Below, piece by piece: positions 1 through 12,384 of a stretch of DNA of 64,000 nt (position 1 is the stretch's first letter; every line of letters starts with the position of its first letter). The notes below the pieces were generated by a model that did not search any database, was not told the DNA's origin, and saw nothing but the letters and a program-made list of their open reading frames with translations. Position numbers and translations under genes: made by a program. The DNA is from Nemertoderma westbladi (lineage: Eukaryota > Animalia > Xenacoelomorpha): NCBI GenBank assembly GCA_032718475.1, contig JAUCBJ010005441.1, positions 34,251 through 98,250 on the forward strand, written 5' to 3'.

Positions 1-262
1 GTTTACAGGGAGCGCGGAAAGAAGGACGGGACCAACAGCTCGGAAGGGAGAAGGCCAGTTTGGAGGCTGTGCTGGACGAGTTCCCACAGGCCCGCCGTCG
101 GAGACGGTCGAGCGCGCTGCCAACTTCCGCTCCAGTGGGTGGATTTCTTCCCTCCCGATAGCCGAACACCAACTTGATCTCTCCCCCATGGAGTTCCGGG
201 ATGCGCTGGCGATCCGGTACTGCCGAGTCGGTGCGACGGGTGCGGGGCGGGGCCACCTTCGA
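1..262 (+). pseudogene. Fragment of a CRE-like non-LTR retrotransposon ORF (post-RT region), truncated
   Basis: Manual translation gives SSGWISSLPIAEHQLDLSPMEFRDALAIRY followed by a frameshifted CDGCG, matching the S-x-W-L-x-x-LP...EFRDAL-x-LRY...C-x-CG pattern of CRE-clade elements. The segment is GC-rich relative to its flanks. Confidence 0.55.
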
Positions 263-649
263 TTTAAAGTAATTAATCATGTCCATTCTGTTGAAATTTG
301 TACAGTATGAGGTTCACATAATTTTGACTCTTGTCGCTGAAACTCTTCCACGAATAATGATGGATTGAAATAATTCTTCCACATATTTGCTACTGTAAAT
401 GTTGCTTATGATATAAATATCATTCTCCACCACCAATTGTCATCCTACAGTAAACTGTGCCCACATATCCCAGAGCACAACAGAACCCTTGCCCTTGGAT
501 TATATTTACAAGCCCTGCCCAGCTTACTGATCAATGCCCATTCAGAAAATAATCGTACAAATAATCGAGACACATCAATGAATCCGTACTTCGGTTGAGC
601 GTTTAGATTTGTCATTCCAATATATTTGTCAAACCTAAAAAATAATACT

Positions 650-2133
650 GTTGGGATTAGACACTTGCGTTCTGTATATATTGTGGTAATTAGACATTAG
701 TGAAGTCTTGTGGTAATTAGACACTGAGTATTAATAACTACTACCGTACTGTATATTGTGGTAATTAGACACTTGCGTTCTGTATATTGTGGTAATTAGA
801 TGCAGTGTAGTCTTGTGGTAAATAGACACTTGAGTTCTGTATATTGTGGTAATTAGATGTCATTGTTAAATAATATTGTGGTAATTAGATGCAGTGTAGT
901 CTTGTGGCTAAATAGACACTTGAGTTCTGTATATTGTGGTAATTAGATGCCATTGTAAAATAATATTGTGGTAATTAGATGCAGTGTAGTCTTGTGGTAA
1001 ATAGACACTTGCGTTCTGTATATTGTGGTAATTAGACGCCATTGTAAAATAATATTGTGGTAATTAGATGCAGTGTAGTCTTGTGGTAAATAGACACTTG
1101 CGTTCTATATATTGTGGTAATTAGATGCCAATGTAAAATAAAAAATAATATTGTGGTAATTAGATGCCATTGTAAAATAATATTGTGGTAATTAGATGCA
1201 GTGTAGTCTTGTGGTAAATAGACACTTGAGTTCTGTATATTGTGGTAATTAGATGCCAATGTAAAATAATATTGTGGTAATTAGATGCAGTGTAGTCTTG
1301 TGGTAAATAGACACTTGAGTTCTGTATATTGTGGTAATTAGATGCCATTGTAAAATAATATTGTGGTAATTAGATGCAGTGTAGTCTTGTGGTAAATAGA
1401 CACTTGCGTTCTATATATTGTGGTAATTAGATGCCAATGTAAAATAATATTGTGGTAATTAGATGCAGTGTAGTCTTGTGGTAAATAGACACTTGAGTTC
1501 TGTATATTGTGGTAATTAGATGCCATTGTAAAATAATATTGTGGTAATTAGATGCAGTGTAGTCTTGTGGTAAATAGACACTTGCGTTCTATATATTGTG
1601 GTAATTAGACGCCATTGTAAAATAATATTGTGGTAATTAGATGCAGTGTAGTCTTGTGGTAAATAGACACTTGCGTTCTATATATTGTGGTAATTAGATG
1701 CCAATGTAAAATAAAAAATAATATTGTGGTAATTAGATGCCATTGTAAAATAATATTGTGGTAATTAGATGCAGTGTAGTCTTGTGGTAAATAGACACTT
1801 GCATTCTGTATATTGTGGTAATTAGATGCCAATGTAAAATAATATTGTGGTAATTAGATGCAGTGTAGTCTTGTGGTAAATAGACACTTGAGTTCTGTAT
1901 ATTGTGGTAATTAGATGCCAATGTAAAATAATATTGTGGTAATTAGATGCAGTGTAGTCTTGTGGTAAATAGACACTTGAGTTCTGTATATTGTGGTAAT
2001 TAGATGCCAATGTAAAATAATATTGTGGTAATTAGTTGCAGTGTAGTGTAGTCTTGTGGTAAATAGACACTTGAGTTCTGTATATTGTGGTAATTAGATA
2101 CAAATGTAAAATAATATTGTGGTAATTAGATGC
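650..2133. repeat. 89-bp tandem satellite built from three ~30-bp subunits, each containing TTGTGGTAA(T/A)TAGA
   Basis: Direct tandem repetition; identical spurious ORFs recur at offsets of 89 and 178 bp. Confidence 0.95.
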
Positions 2134-2149
2134 CTCTATCGAATTGTTG

Positions 2150-2238
2150 GGGTAGATTGCGGTAGATTGTGGTAGATTGGGGTAGATTGTGGTAGGTTGG
2201 GGTAGATTGTGGTAGGTTGGGGTAGGTTGGGGTAATTA
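2150..2238. repeat. 10-bp G-rich microsatellite GGTAG(A/G)TTG(G/T)
   Basis: About nine tandem copies are visible directly after the 89-bp array. Confidence 0.9.
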
Positions 2239-2420
2239 GTAGGACCCGTCTGGCTATATTAATAACATAACAACATAACATTAATCAGTTACAGAGTTAG
2301 GCATGATTCAGTAATTCATATCTGAATACTGGAATATTAAATTAAACTGTTAAATACATGGCAGCATGGGCAGATGGGTAGCGGGTAGGTAGCAACTTAG
2401 AACTTATGTACCGCGCCAGA

Positions 2421-2927
2421 CTGGAATCAATACACTTTGCGCCGGATTAATCCGGCGCGCTTTACAATAAAAGCGCGCCAATGTGGTGCGTGGCGCGCTC
2501 GAAAATCGTAAAGCGCACCAGCTTTGGCGAGTGGCACTCCCAAAAATAAAAAGCGGCGCTGATTTGTTGGTTCATCAACAATTACCAAAGTGCCTTAAAA
2601 ATTGCAATTGCTGTTTAAAAATTTCGGCTCGCTTCTGCCTGTCTGCGCTTCGCTCGCCATTATTTTTTTCTGTTGTAATACAGTAATACTGTAATATGTC
2701 TGCTGTACAGGGACACGTACAGCAGTGCTGACATTGGCAGACTGGTTAGACTCCTTCAAAATTTAAATTGCATTGGCGCGGCGCTCTTCAAAATTGTTTC
2801 AATGTTCGGCGCGCTTAAAAATTTCGTTGGCATGGGGTTTGCTTCAAAATTGCATCAGTCAGTCAGTGCGCGGCGCGCATACAAATTGGTCGGCGCGTTG
2901 TCCGGCGCACTTTTTGGATGGATTCCA
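2421..2927. mobile_element. Possible degenerate MITE with imperfect terminal inverted repeats and GCGC-rich internal repeats
   Basis: TGGAATCAATACAC..TGCGCCGGA on the left is roughly the reverse complement of TCCGGCGCAC...GGATGGATTCCA on the right. No clear TSD. Confidence 0.35.
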
Positions 2928-5077
2928 TACGGGTGTACCGGTAATGTTATAATTTTATTGTTGTGCCGGTACCGGTACCTATGACTGTATGACTTAGCCT
3001 ATTTTGACCAGCCAGCCAGCTGCCAGCTAATCGTAATCGAGCATCGAGAGGGGGGTGAGCTGAGCAGTGAGCACGCCTTTCAGCCTTTGCCTTGTCCAGT
3101 TGCCTCTGTCACTGTCTGTCTGTCTGTCTGCTTCTATGTATACTGGTATAGCCTTGCTGCCTTCAGGCCTTGGCACTTACTGACATAAGCGCTTGGATAT
3201 AGCCAGACAGCCAGATAGGCCTAGTGAATAAGTCAGTAGGCCCTAAGTCATTTGGAAATATTATTTTCAATAAGGCAATATTGCTATTTCCGCTTCGCGC
3301 AGCACTTCTGTCAGTCTGGCACTGGCAGTACCAATAGTAGGCCTACCATTCATACTGCCATAGCCTAGGCTGCTACGCCTACACCATAAACGAGGTGTAC
3401 ATGGCTGCATGGCTGCATGTACAGATGTACATGTACAGATGTACGTAGACTGGCAGACTGGTTAGTGCGTTAGTGGTTACGGTTACACAAAAAAATGAAT
3501 ATAAAGTCTGATGAAAGTACCGGTATGTTCTGACATTTTGATGTTACCATACAGCTGACAGCGTACACTGGCAGACTGATTAGCTAATTAGCTGTAGCCT
3601 GGTAGCGGTACTCACTGACACAGGCAGACAGGTACCTTTACCTATCGCTATCAGCCTACCTGAATGAATACCTAGGCCTATCTGCCTATAGCTACACCTG
3701 CCAGCCTAGATACCGAAAGTGGGACAAACTGGCAGACCAGTGGAATTTTCACTCCCCATGCAAAATCACTTCCCGGTTAAAATTCCCTAGTGTATTCTCA
3801 CCCCCGGGCAGCCGGGGTGTATGGTATTTTCCCAAGTGTATTTTAACTGTTTAACCCCCTCCAGTGAAAACTCAACTCACCCCTGGGGCATTTATCAATT
3901 TTCACTCTGCAGCTCTGTACAAATATATGCCCGGTTAAATTTCCCGAGCAGCCGAGTGTATTCTCACTCACTCCCGGTGTATTTTTGTTGTATCTTTTAC
4001 AGTAGGCCTATTTTTCTACACCATGTCCTGGAATATAGTATCGTTATTCAGATACAATATAATAAGATATAATAGATATAATAATAATACCAATAATAAT
4101 CGTATCGTAAATCTATTATTTGTCCACATAATAAGACAGCGGGATTTCATTCACATAAATATTGTAAATTTATAAAATATACATACATTACATACAAATA
4201 CAACATTACATATTTACCGTTACCGGTAGAGTAGAGCACAATAATTCATTCACTTCGCTGAAACTGAAAGTAAAATAACTTGCAATCTAAATGTTTGTTA
4301 ACCCAATAGGCAAACCGGTCCATGAAAACAACATCTGAATATCGTCTGAATGATGAATTACTTTCAGTTTCAAGGATGCTCAAACATACAGTAGCTGTAT
4401 GTGTAAGCCTATACGTGTATACCGGTATACAAAGACAAACCAGCCAGCAGCTATCCACCGAATACCAACAGTAATACAATATAATAATATTGAATGTCAT
4501 TGATGGGAGAAGTGGCCTTCCAATCAGAGCCCTTGAATTAGTTGCTTCATGGCAAATATAAATCTATTAGAAATTACTAATACCGTAATTTCAAATGCTG
4601 GCGGGCCATTTAATTCTTAAGAAACAAGACTGTATGTTGTTAGTATAATGTCAGATTAAGTGTACACCACCTACTGGCTACTATAGAAGAAACATTACAC
4701 ATTATGTTTCACCCAAAATTTCACCTTTTTGTTTTTTATTGTGTTAAAATTAACGCAAATAGCAATCTTGTGTTTATTGGATTTCAAAAATTTATTTTAT
4801 TTAAAGTATAAAATCAAGTGAAAGGAGCGCTGTTTTATAACAGAAACAATAAATTAACATTATTTCATGTGCGACCAATTGCTCTGAAGATCGGTGGCGG
4901 GTTCATGGTTGGTATACACTAGCGTTTCATTGTAGTGAGTGGTTTAAGACAGCAAAGTACTTTAGTAGGATTGAGCACAGCGGCAGTAGATGATGGTAGC
5001 GACTGATGGGCGGCCATGAAGACGTAAATTGCGGACATACAAGGTATCAGGTATATTTCCAGGTTTAGCTTTTTCCT

Positions 5078-5150
5078 GACCCTCTAGCGGAATAGTTAAA
5101 GCGTCAGACTTCCAACTCGGAGGTCACCAGTTCGATTCCACCTGGACGTC
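5078..5150 (+). repeat. tRNA-derived SINE head / tRNA pseudogene
   Basis: A-box-like TAGCGGAATAGTTAAAGCG and B-box GTTCGATTCC at tRNA-like spacing. No intact cloverleaf. Confidence 0.45.
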
Positions 5151-5371
5151 ATTGTCGACTTTGCAAAAGCTGTGCCCAACGAAAGTTGTAATAACATGAT
5201 ACCACTCATTCACCCAAAACATCAATAATGAATTATAAGACTTTATGTTGTTATATTTCACTTTCCAATATTCTCCCATGTGAAAAATACCCTTCAAATA
5301 ATTTGTGGTGATGTGAAAGAATTGAAACTGACATCGGAAATGAAATTACAACCACGAAAACCCCCGCTACT

Positions 5372-6127
5372 GTGGCTGAATTCTTCCATTTTAATTTCCA
5401 TTTCAATAATTTATAGTCGGCCATAAATTTAATCAAACAAACGCATGTGATTGGTGGTAAGAAAGTTTGTAAATGTAGAGCTAGCCACGAAGTTTTGGAG
5501 TCTTGGCGCATTGACACTGTTAGGGTGGGTGGGTAAATAATTGCAATTAGTTGTCGTCGTTGTTGCCGTTGTTGTCGTCGTCTGCGTTAACATTTTGAAT
5601 AGGGCACGGTATTGTCTTACTTAAGATGGGGTAGAAATAAAGACTCATTACCCAACCAAACAACCACCAACCCAAATGGCTTCAGCTTGTCCCACCCCAT
5701 CTCAGTGTCATAGGTAATTGGGACCTTAGTTTATATATAGGGGCCCTAATCCAGGACAACCAATAGTTCTATCCCTTATCTGCCAAGTTTCAGCTTGAAC
5801 GAATTAAAAGCAAAGAAATGGTAGGATATTTAATGGTTAGACATGTAGCTCTCTAGCGGGAGACTGTTGAACTAATGGTGTCTGAAAGACTCAAAAAATC
5901 TTAACTTTTGGTCTCATTGATTAATGCCTACAAATTTTCCAAGTTGCCATTACTGACACACACAGTATCAGTTCGCTAAGGCTCCTCCAACTTCGTGGCT
6001 CGCCCCAAATTTACTGACTCTATTCTATTCGCTTACTTCTAAACCACCAATCACATGCGTTTCTTGGCTTGAATTTATGGTCGACTATAAATTATTCATT
6101 TTTTTTAATTGGCACAATTCAGCCACC
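5372..6127. repeat. Fold-back element: ~90-bp imperfect inverted repeats at 5372-5465 and 6035-6127
   Basis: AATAATTTATAGTCGGCCATAAATT...AAACGCATGTGATTGGTGGT versus ACCACCAATCACATGCGTTT...AATTTATGGTCGACTATAAATTATT. Confidence 0.5.
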
Positions 6128-6317
6128 GTACCCAGAAACTTTTTAAAAGTTTCTTTAAAAAGTATCTTTGTACCTTAAGACCTTTACTTGCTCTCTGTTA
6201 ATTTTAATTATGTTTACACGTCTGGGTTCTCTAATTCTGATAAACTCAATGAAGTAAACCGCGATTGGTTTCCATAGTTGTCGGTGTACTATGGGATTCT
6301 CGTTTATGCTACTACTA

Positions 6318-6981
6318 TATGGCATACTTTTAGTATTAAAACCCCATTTTATTATTCACTCATATTTTTTTAAGGAAAATAATTATGTACTCTTATTTTT
6401 ATATGTGTAACTAATTTAATTGCATTATGTTCTCATTTTAAAATGAGTACACCTATAATTCGGGAAATTTTGCAATTTTGTACTCATATTTTTATAAGAG
6501 TCACTAATTCAAAGAATTATGTTCTCATTTTAAAATGAGTACACCTATAATTCGGGAAATTTTTCAATTTTGTACTCATATTTTTATAAGAGTCACTAAT
6601 TCAAAGAATTATGTTCTCATTTTAAAATGAGTACACCATTAATTCGGAACATCTTTCAATTTTGTACTCATATTTTTATAAGAGTCACTAATTCAAAGAA
6701 TTATGTACTCATTTTAAAATGAGTACACCATTAATTCGGAAAACCTTGCAATTTTGTACTCATATTTTAGCCAATCGCGAATTTGCGCCTCATCTTTTAA
6801 TAATTGTCACCCATCTTTTAACCAATCACGAATTTGCGCCTCATCTTCGAATAATTGCCACCCATCTTTTAGCCAATCGCGAATTTGCGCCTCATCTTTG
6901 AAAATATGTCACCCATCTTTTAACCAATCACGAATTTGCGCCTCATCTTCGAATAATTGCCACCCATCTTTTAGCCAATCA
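6318..6981 (+). repeat. Left TIR of IS3EU, with internal ~90-bp and ~50-bp tandem repeats
   Basis: Reverse complement of 11665-12275; the inner 50-bp units contain CCAATC(G/A)CGAATTTGCGCC. Confidence 0.9.
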
Positions 6982-7681
6982 TTGATAAGGCCTTTCTCCA
7001 CTGTTGTAAAGAAGTATAAAGGGTGAATCGGACTACTGTTGAAATCATATGGTTTCTGTGATAGCATATGAGAACGACGGTACATAAAGTTGCTGCACTG
7101 GCTATCGAGAGTTTAAGATTTACTAGTGGATGTGGGTGATTGGGTCTGTAAAAGTGGGCATAACATAAATGATTACTAGGCCTAAGTTGTATTGCCGTCA
7201 TTAGTATCTTAGTCACTATTATTTACTTACAGTAATGTAGTTAGTGTTTCTAAGTTTCCAAAATTTTAATTGAGAAAAATACATTACTATATTGTAATTA
7301 CTCATATTGTATTATTATTACTATCATACTTTATCAATAAAGATAAGTACAGAGATAGCGGAGTCAAGATACAGGAAAGTAGAGTTTAGTTAAGTGTAAT
7401 CTACAAAACATTATTAAATACAATGTTAATACAAGTAAGTTGTATCTAAGAAGCAAAACATTAAACCGGTAATATTTCTGACCAGTTGTTACACGAGCTT
7501 AGTTGCATTCGCACATTTTCAGAAGTGAACATAGAGTTACAATAGAAACTAATTTTTTATCCTATTTTGGAACTAATTCTGACATTAGGCCATGTAATCT
7601 GGTACTGATATACTGTATACAGTGTAGACTATACATAACATTTGTGTAGCTTAGAGCTTATCATAATTCGTTGTGTTTGGA

Positions 7682-9409
7682 ATGGACCAAGAACAGCGTC
7701 GCTGCTGTAATTTACTTTATGGCGATGATAATATTTATTGCACAAGATGTGGACACCGTTTACAACAGTTGTCAGTGCCTCAACATCCTGTAGTTGATCT
7801 TACAACAACGACGACGTCTACGAGTAATCAGAATTGGTCGTTAGTTAACCCTAATGGTAGTGGACCTGGACAGTTACAATTTCCAAACACTCAAAACATT
7901 AACAGGCCAAGGCGCCCAGCAGAGCTTATAGAGGAATTGAATGCTACATTTGCTCCTTATGGTAGTGGAAGATCTACAGGATTGTCAGGACATATCAGTC
8001 GTCGGTCATCGAGTTCGAGTGGTAATCGAAGGACATTACCGACAGTGTCAACTAGTGGTAGTCGATCAAGTGGTAGGCCGCGTTCCTCCTCTGTAACGAA
8101 GTCAGTCATTGTTATCAGAACAGAAGAAGGCGATACTCGAGTTTGTAAAGATACCATTATTAAACAATGCATGGTAACATATACTGACAATTCCACTCAA
8201 GAAGAAGTGCGGTCAGTAATTATGAATTCATTATTAGCACCACCGTCATGCAATTCTGACTTTGAGTTTATTAAAGTTTTCAATAAATCAATTCTACCCC
8301 TATCTGTGTCTGATAACTTTATATTTAATGGCCAGGCACTTAAATCGATTTATCCTAGAGATAAACCAATATATGTTCGGATTGAAAATAGAAGCAGCAA
8401 TGAGTCCACTGATATAGTCCCAACTACGATTTCCGAGAATGATACATTACCAACAACATTTTTGCAGGGGCAGGCAACCGTTGCGGAACATATCCCAATA
8501 ACTTCCCCGCAAGTCATTAATAGAGAAGCCATACAAATATATTATGATTCCATGTTAGTGGACGACTCTTCCGATGATGAATGTAATGAGAGAGACATGA
8601 ATATAGCTCCATCCGGCAATATGGAAGGCATTATTGATGATGCACGCAATTGGAAATTAAGAAAGGAAGACTTGGCTGTTTTGAAGAATTTGCAGCATTA
8701 CTATGAGTACGACGACACAATGCCAGGATACATAGATGTTGATCTTCTGCAAAAGATATTAATCCGCAGGAGAAAACTAATGGATGATGTAATAGAAAAG
8801 GTGCATAATCTTAACCCTGGAGAGGGTATTGTGGTAACATTTTCACGAGAGTCCGGTTGCGACCAAGGTGGCCTACGTCGTGATATGTTTGGTACATTTA
8901 TTAATGCTTTAAGTAATTCCGCACTGTTTTCGAATATTGATGGATTAATAATACCCTCCGTAGCTGATATATCTAAGGTGGCCAATGGTCAATTTAGGGC
9001 ATTAGGAAAAGTGTTGGCTATTGCAATTATACATGGCGAGCTTGTTATTGGCATAATTCACCCTTTAGTTGGGCGATATATTGCATATAATGGCCAGGAT
9101 GTTGGTTGTCTAGAATTTCTAGAATTGATTCACGAAGTTCCGGAAGTAATTACCAATTAGTTACAAGGAAACATCACAGACGAATTGCGATACAAGTCCT
9201 CCGAAATGGGATTGATTATGATTGAAGCGAATATTACTCGCAGTGATTTAAGTCTGCGTAAGTTTGCAGAGTTGTTTCTGAAGTCGTTACTAATATTCAA
9301 TAAAGGCGCTATAGATTCTCTGAAAGAAGGAATTCTGCCAATTCTGTCCACAAAAGATTTTATAAGTCACCTTATCTATAAAGTCCTTTCTTGTTCCCCG
9401 GAAATATAG
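7682..9409 (+). CDS. IS3EU second ORF: N-terminal Cys ribbon, Ser/Arg-rich region and HECT E3 ligase N-lobe-like domain; in-frame TAG at 9158-9160
   Basis: CCNLLYGDDNIYCTRCG; VTFSRESGCDQGGLRRDMF...FRALGKVLAIAIIHG matches the HECT N-lobe pattern (F-x-GE-x-G-x-D-x-GG..RE-F; G-x-x-L-A). The frame continues past the TAG to 9409. No catalytic-Cys C-lobe is recognisable. Confidence 0.7.
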
Positions 9410-9705
9410 CACAGGTTAAAAAATAAAAAATAGCACAGGTTAAACTTCCATAATCAATTTTGATTGATAATCATCAATCATCAATTAAAAGTATTAGTTA
9501 AATAGGGAACAGTTCCGTATGTGCCAACATTTTCGTTGTTTTTTTTTCAACAAATTTTCATGCTTAGAAGTTTGCCTCGTCCCTCTTACTTACATTTATA
9601 CCCGTCCGTCCCATGAGGTAATAACAGAAAATTGGTTGCGAAATAGCTGGAAATAATATAAAATTATTATAAACTAAAAATCGATACAAAAAATAACTAG
9701 TATCG

Positions 9706-11501
9706 TTATTCTTTATAATTAAATACAAATTGCTTGCAATATAAATAGCAGTCAACACCGTATTTATTATCGGAATTATCAGACCCAAATCGGTGATTGA
9801 TTTCACTGAGTAACTGTCTTTCAGATTCTTCGGATATAGGACGTTCAATATTGGTAACATCAACAACTGTCTCTTGATCCTCAACAATCGGACCTGACCA
9901 ATCTACTCCGTAATTATCTAGGTTTATATTGTTCATCTCATCTGGTACGTTGTCGATGTCACAAGTCGATGTTAATCGGCTATTGATGAAAATCTTCTGG
10001 GGGGTCCAGTAGCGTTCCGTGCGTAACCCATGTGCATTCCAACCAATTACAAATCTTTCTAGAGCCGCGTTTATTTGTTTCTTGTAAGTAATATGCAAAC
10101 AATATATATCATCGACAGAGGAGGGATCTAAATGGGAGTTGTCTTCTAGCCAAAAAAACAGCTCATAATAAACAATAACAACAGTACGGAATACATCTCT
10201 CCATAAGCGTTCTATCCTTTGATTGTGAGTACTTTTCCCTGCAATAAAGCTTCCTCGATTTGTGCCTCGATGACTTATCATATATTCGGCGACCAGTCTA
10301 TTTTCCCCTCCCTTATCTCCTCTCACCCTTGAAGGGAGGCCGTATTTCCTAACTGCTTCCTCGAACAATGGCAAAACAGTTGCAGCACAGTTGTTACCCG
10401 ATGCATAAAGGTATGTAATCAGACGGGAAAATCCATCAACCCCACCTAGTACAGTCGAATTAGCGAAAACATTCAATTGTAAACAATCATGAAATTTCGG
10501 TTTCCATCGACATTTAAATTTTAAAATTCCATCAACATTTAATATTCTAGAATATATATAATATCATAACAGGGCCTATATTACCTATTTTGCTATTTCA
10601 CTTCAGCTTTAGTTATCGATCCGAGATATTAATGTTTTTTTTTTAAAGTGGCTTTCAACAACAAAAAAACTACAAAAGTCGTGGCTAAAATAACATTTTT
10701 TGTTTTTTTTTCGCTTTTTCGAAAGTACTAACCATGTATTACGAAGTTCCACCTTATAAGGCTATGATGGCCATCGATGTGCCATAAAGAATTGGCACCC
10801 TTTACATTATATCGTCGTCGGACCACAAGCGCTCGCCACCTTGCTGCTGATAAAATGGGGTCGATTTCCCTTAAGACACGATGAACATGTCGAAGCGCGA
10901 TGAACATATTTTGACTTCGTAGCATGGCATACACGAATCTACATCCCGCATAAGGGAATTGTTGATGAATTTCACCAATAACTTCTTTAATTTGGTTTTC
11001 ATTCTCTAACGTATTGCGATACAAGTTTCGAACTCCCAAACCAAAGTGACGAACTCGGTCCATAATAGTTGATCGACTCACTCCAAATATCGCAGCAATC
11101 TGAGTCCAGTTAAATCCCGCCTCTTTAAGGTATTCAAGTTGAGACTTAGTAACGTCGTATCTTGGTCTCCCCGTATTGTCAGGTCCCGGACCATTATGTG
11201 TGAGAACATGATTAAACAAAGAAGTACAATCAGGACTGACCCTTATGTACAAGTTGGCGATACGAACTTGTAGGTATTGAACATATGTCAGATACTCAAC
11301 AATTGCTGAATCATGAGCTGTCAAATTATTAGATTCCTTTATCATAGTTAAGCAATTACATATATTGGTGAGTTTAGCTAATAGGTACTCCTTGAATTCG
11401 TCATTAATTAATTGAGGTGAGTAATCAGGTTTTAAAACACGTTCGCATTCGGTTATGATATGTTCCAAATGGTTGACAAATATACTTGCCGGAGTTTCCA
11501 T
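9706..11501 (-). CDS. IS3EU DDE transposase (HTH plus integrase-like core), two exons 11501-10733 and 10445-9706, about 502 aa
   Basis: [25 protein letters not shown] intron 10732-10446 (GTTAGT donor, CTAAT branch point) joins [18 protein letters not shown] to GVDGFSR. Core motifs [12 protein letters not shown] and [14 protein letters not shown]. Confidence 0.9.
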
Positions 11502-11664
11502 GATAAACAATAAAAACTAAACTACTATAAAGTGGCAATGATGAAATCAAATTTACAATATAAAAACAACAATTTAAATAACCTTAATAATAATAAAATA
11601 GCAAAATAATATTCATAACAAATATTAAAAGGGTTTTTTAAATACATAAAAATTATTTCATTCG

Positions 11665-12275
11665 TGATTGGCTAAAACATGGGTGACATATTTTCAAAGA
11701 TGAGGCGCAAATTCGCGATTGGCTAAAAGATGGGTGGCAATTATTCGAAGATGAGGCGCAAATTCGTGATTGGTTAAAAGATGGGTGACAATTATTAAAA
11801 GATGAGGCGCAAATTCGCGATTGGCTAAAATATGAGTACAAAATTGCAAGGTTTTCCGAATTAAGGGTGTACTCATTTTAAAATGAGAACATAATTCTTT
11901 GAATTAGTGACTCTCATAAAAATATGAGTACAAAATTAAAGGATTTTCCGAATTAATGGTGTACTCATTTTAAAATGAGAACATAATACACTGAATTAGT
12001 GACTCTTATAAAAATATGAGTACAAAATTAAAGGATTTTCCGAATTAATGGTGTACTCATTTTAAAATGAGAACATAATTCTTTGAATTAGTGACTCTTA
12101 TAAAAATATGAGTACAAAATTGAAAGATGTTCCGAATTAATGGTGTACTCATTTTAAAATGAGAACATAATTCTTTGAATTAGTGACTCTTATAAAAATA
12201 TGAGTACAAAATTATTTTCCTTAAAAAATATGAGTAAATAATAAAATGGGGTTTTAATACTAAAAGTATGCCATA
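11665..12275 (-). repeat. Right TIR of IS3EU
   Basis: Inverted copy of the left TIR with a different internal repeat count. Confidence 0.9.
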
Positions 12276-12384
12276 CTACTAAACCCCGATTAGTCGGATT
12301 ACAGTACATTGTTAATCCCATGCTAGTTCAAATGGACTGAATTCAACTCAAATACTCCCACGCCTGTAGAGCGTGGTGATGTGA

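Larger units (their letters stand above)
6318..12275. mobile_element. IS3EU-type DNA transposon, full length (5958 bp)
   Basis: Termini TATGGCATAC...GTATGCCATA; 6-bp TSD CTACTA (6312-6317 and 12276-12281); ~600-650-bp TIRs; IS3/integrase-like DDE transposase. TAYGG ends with a 6-bp TSD are typical of IS3EU. Confidence 0.9.

Noticed and set aside
280-635. Possible minus-strand host exon after an acceptor-like TTTTTAG
   Set aside because: Short frame with no recognisable motif and no partner exons.
1032-2010. Repeated MASNYHNIQ ORFs
   Set aside because: Translations of the 89-bp satellite.
5078-5150. Functional tRNA gene
   Set aside because: Acceptor and anticodon stems do not pair properly; kept only as a SINE-like relic.
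6321-12272. ISL2EU-type boundaries (GGC ends, AT TSD)
   Set aside because: The inverted repeat extends to TATGG/CCATA with a perfect 6-bp TSD, and the transposase is IS3-like.
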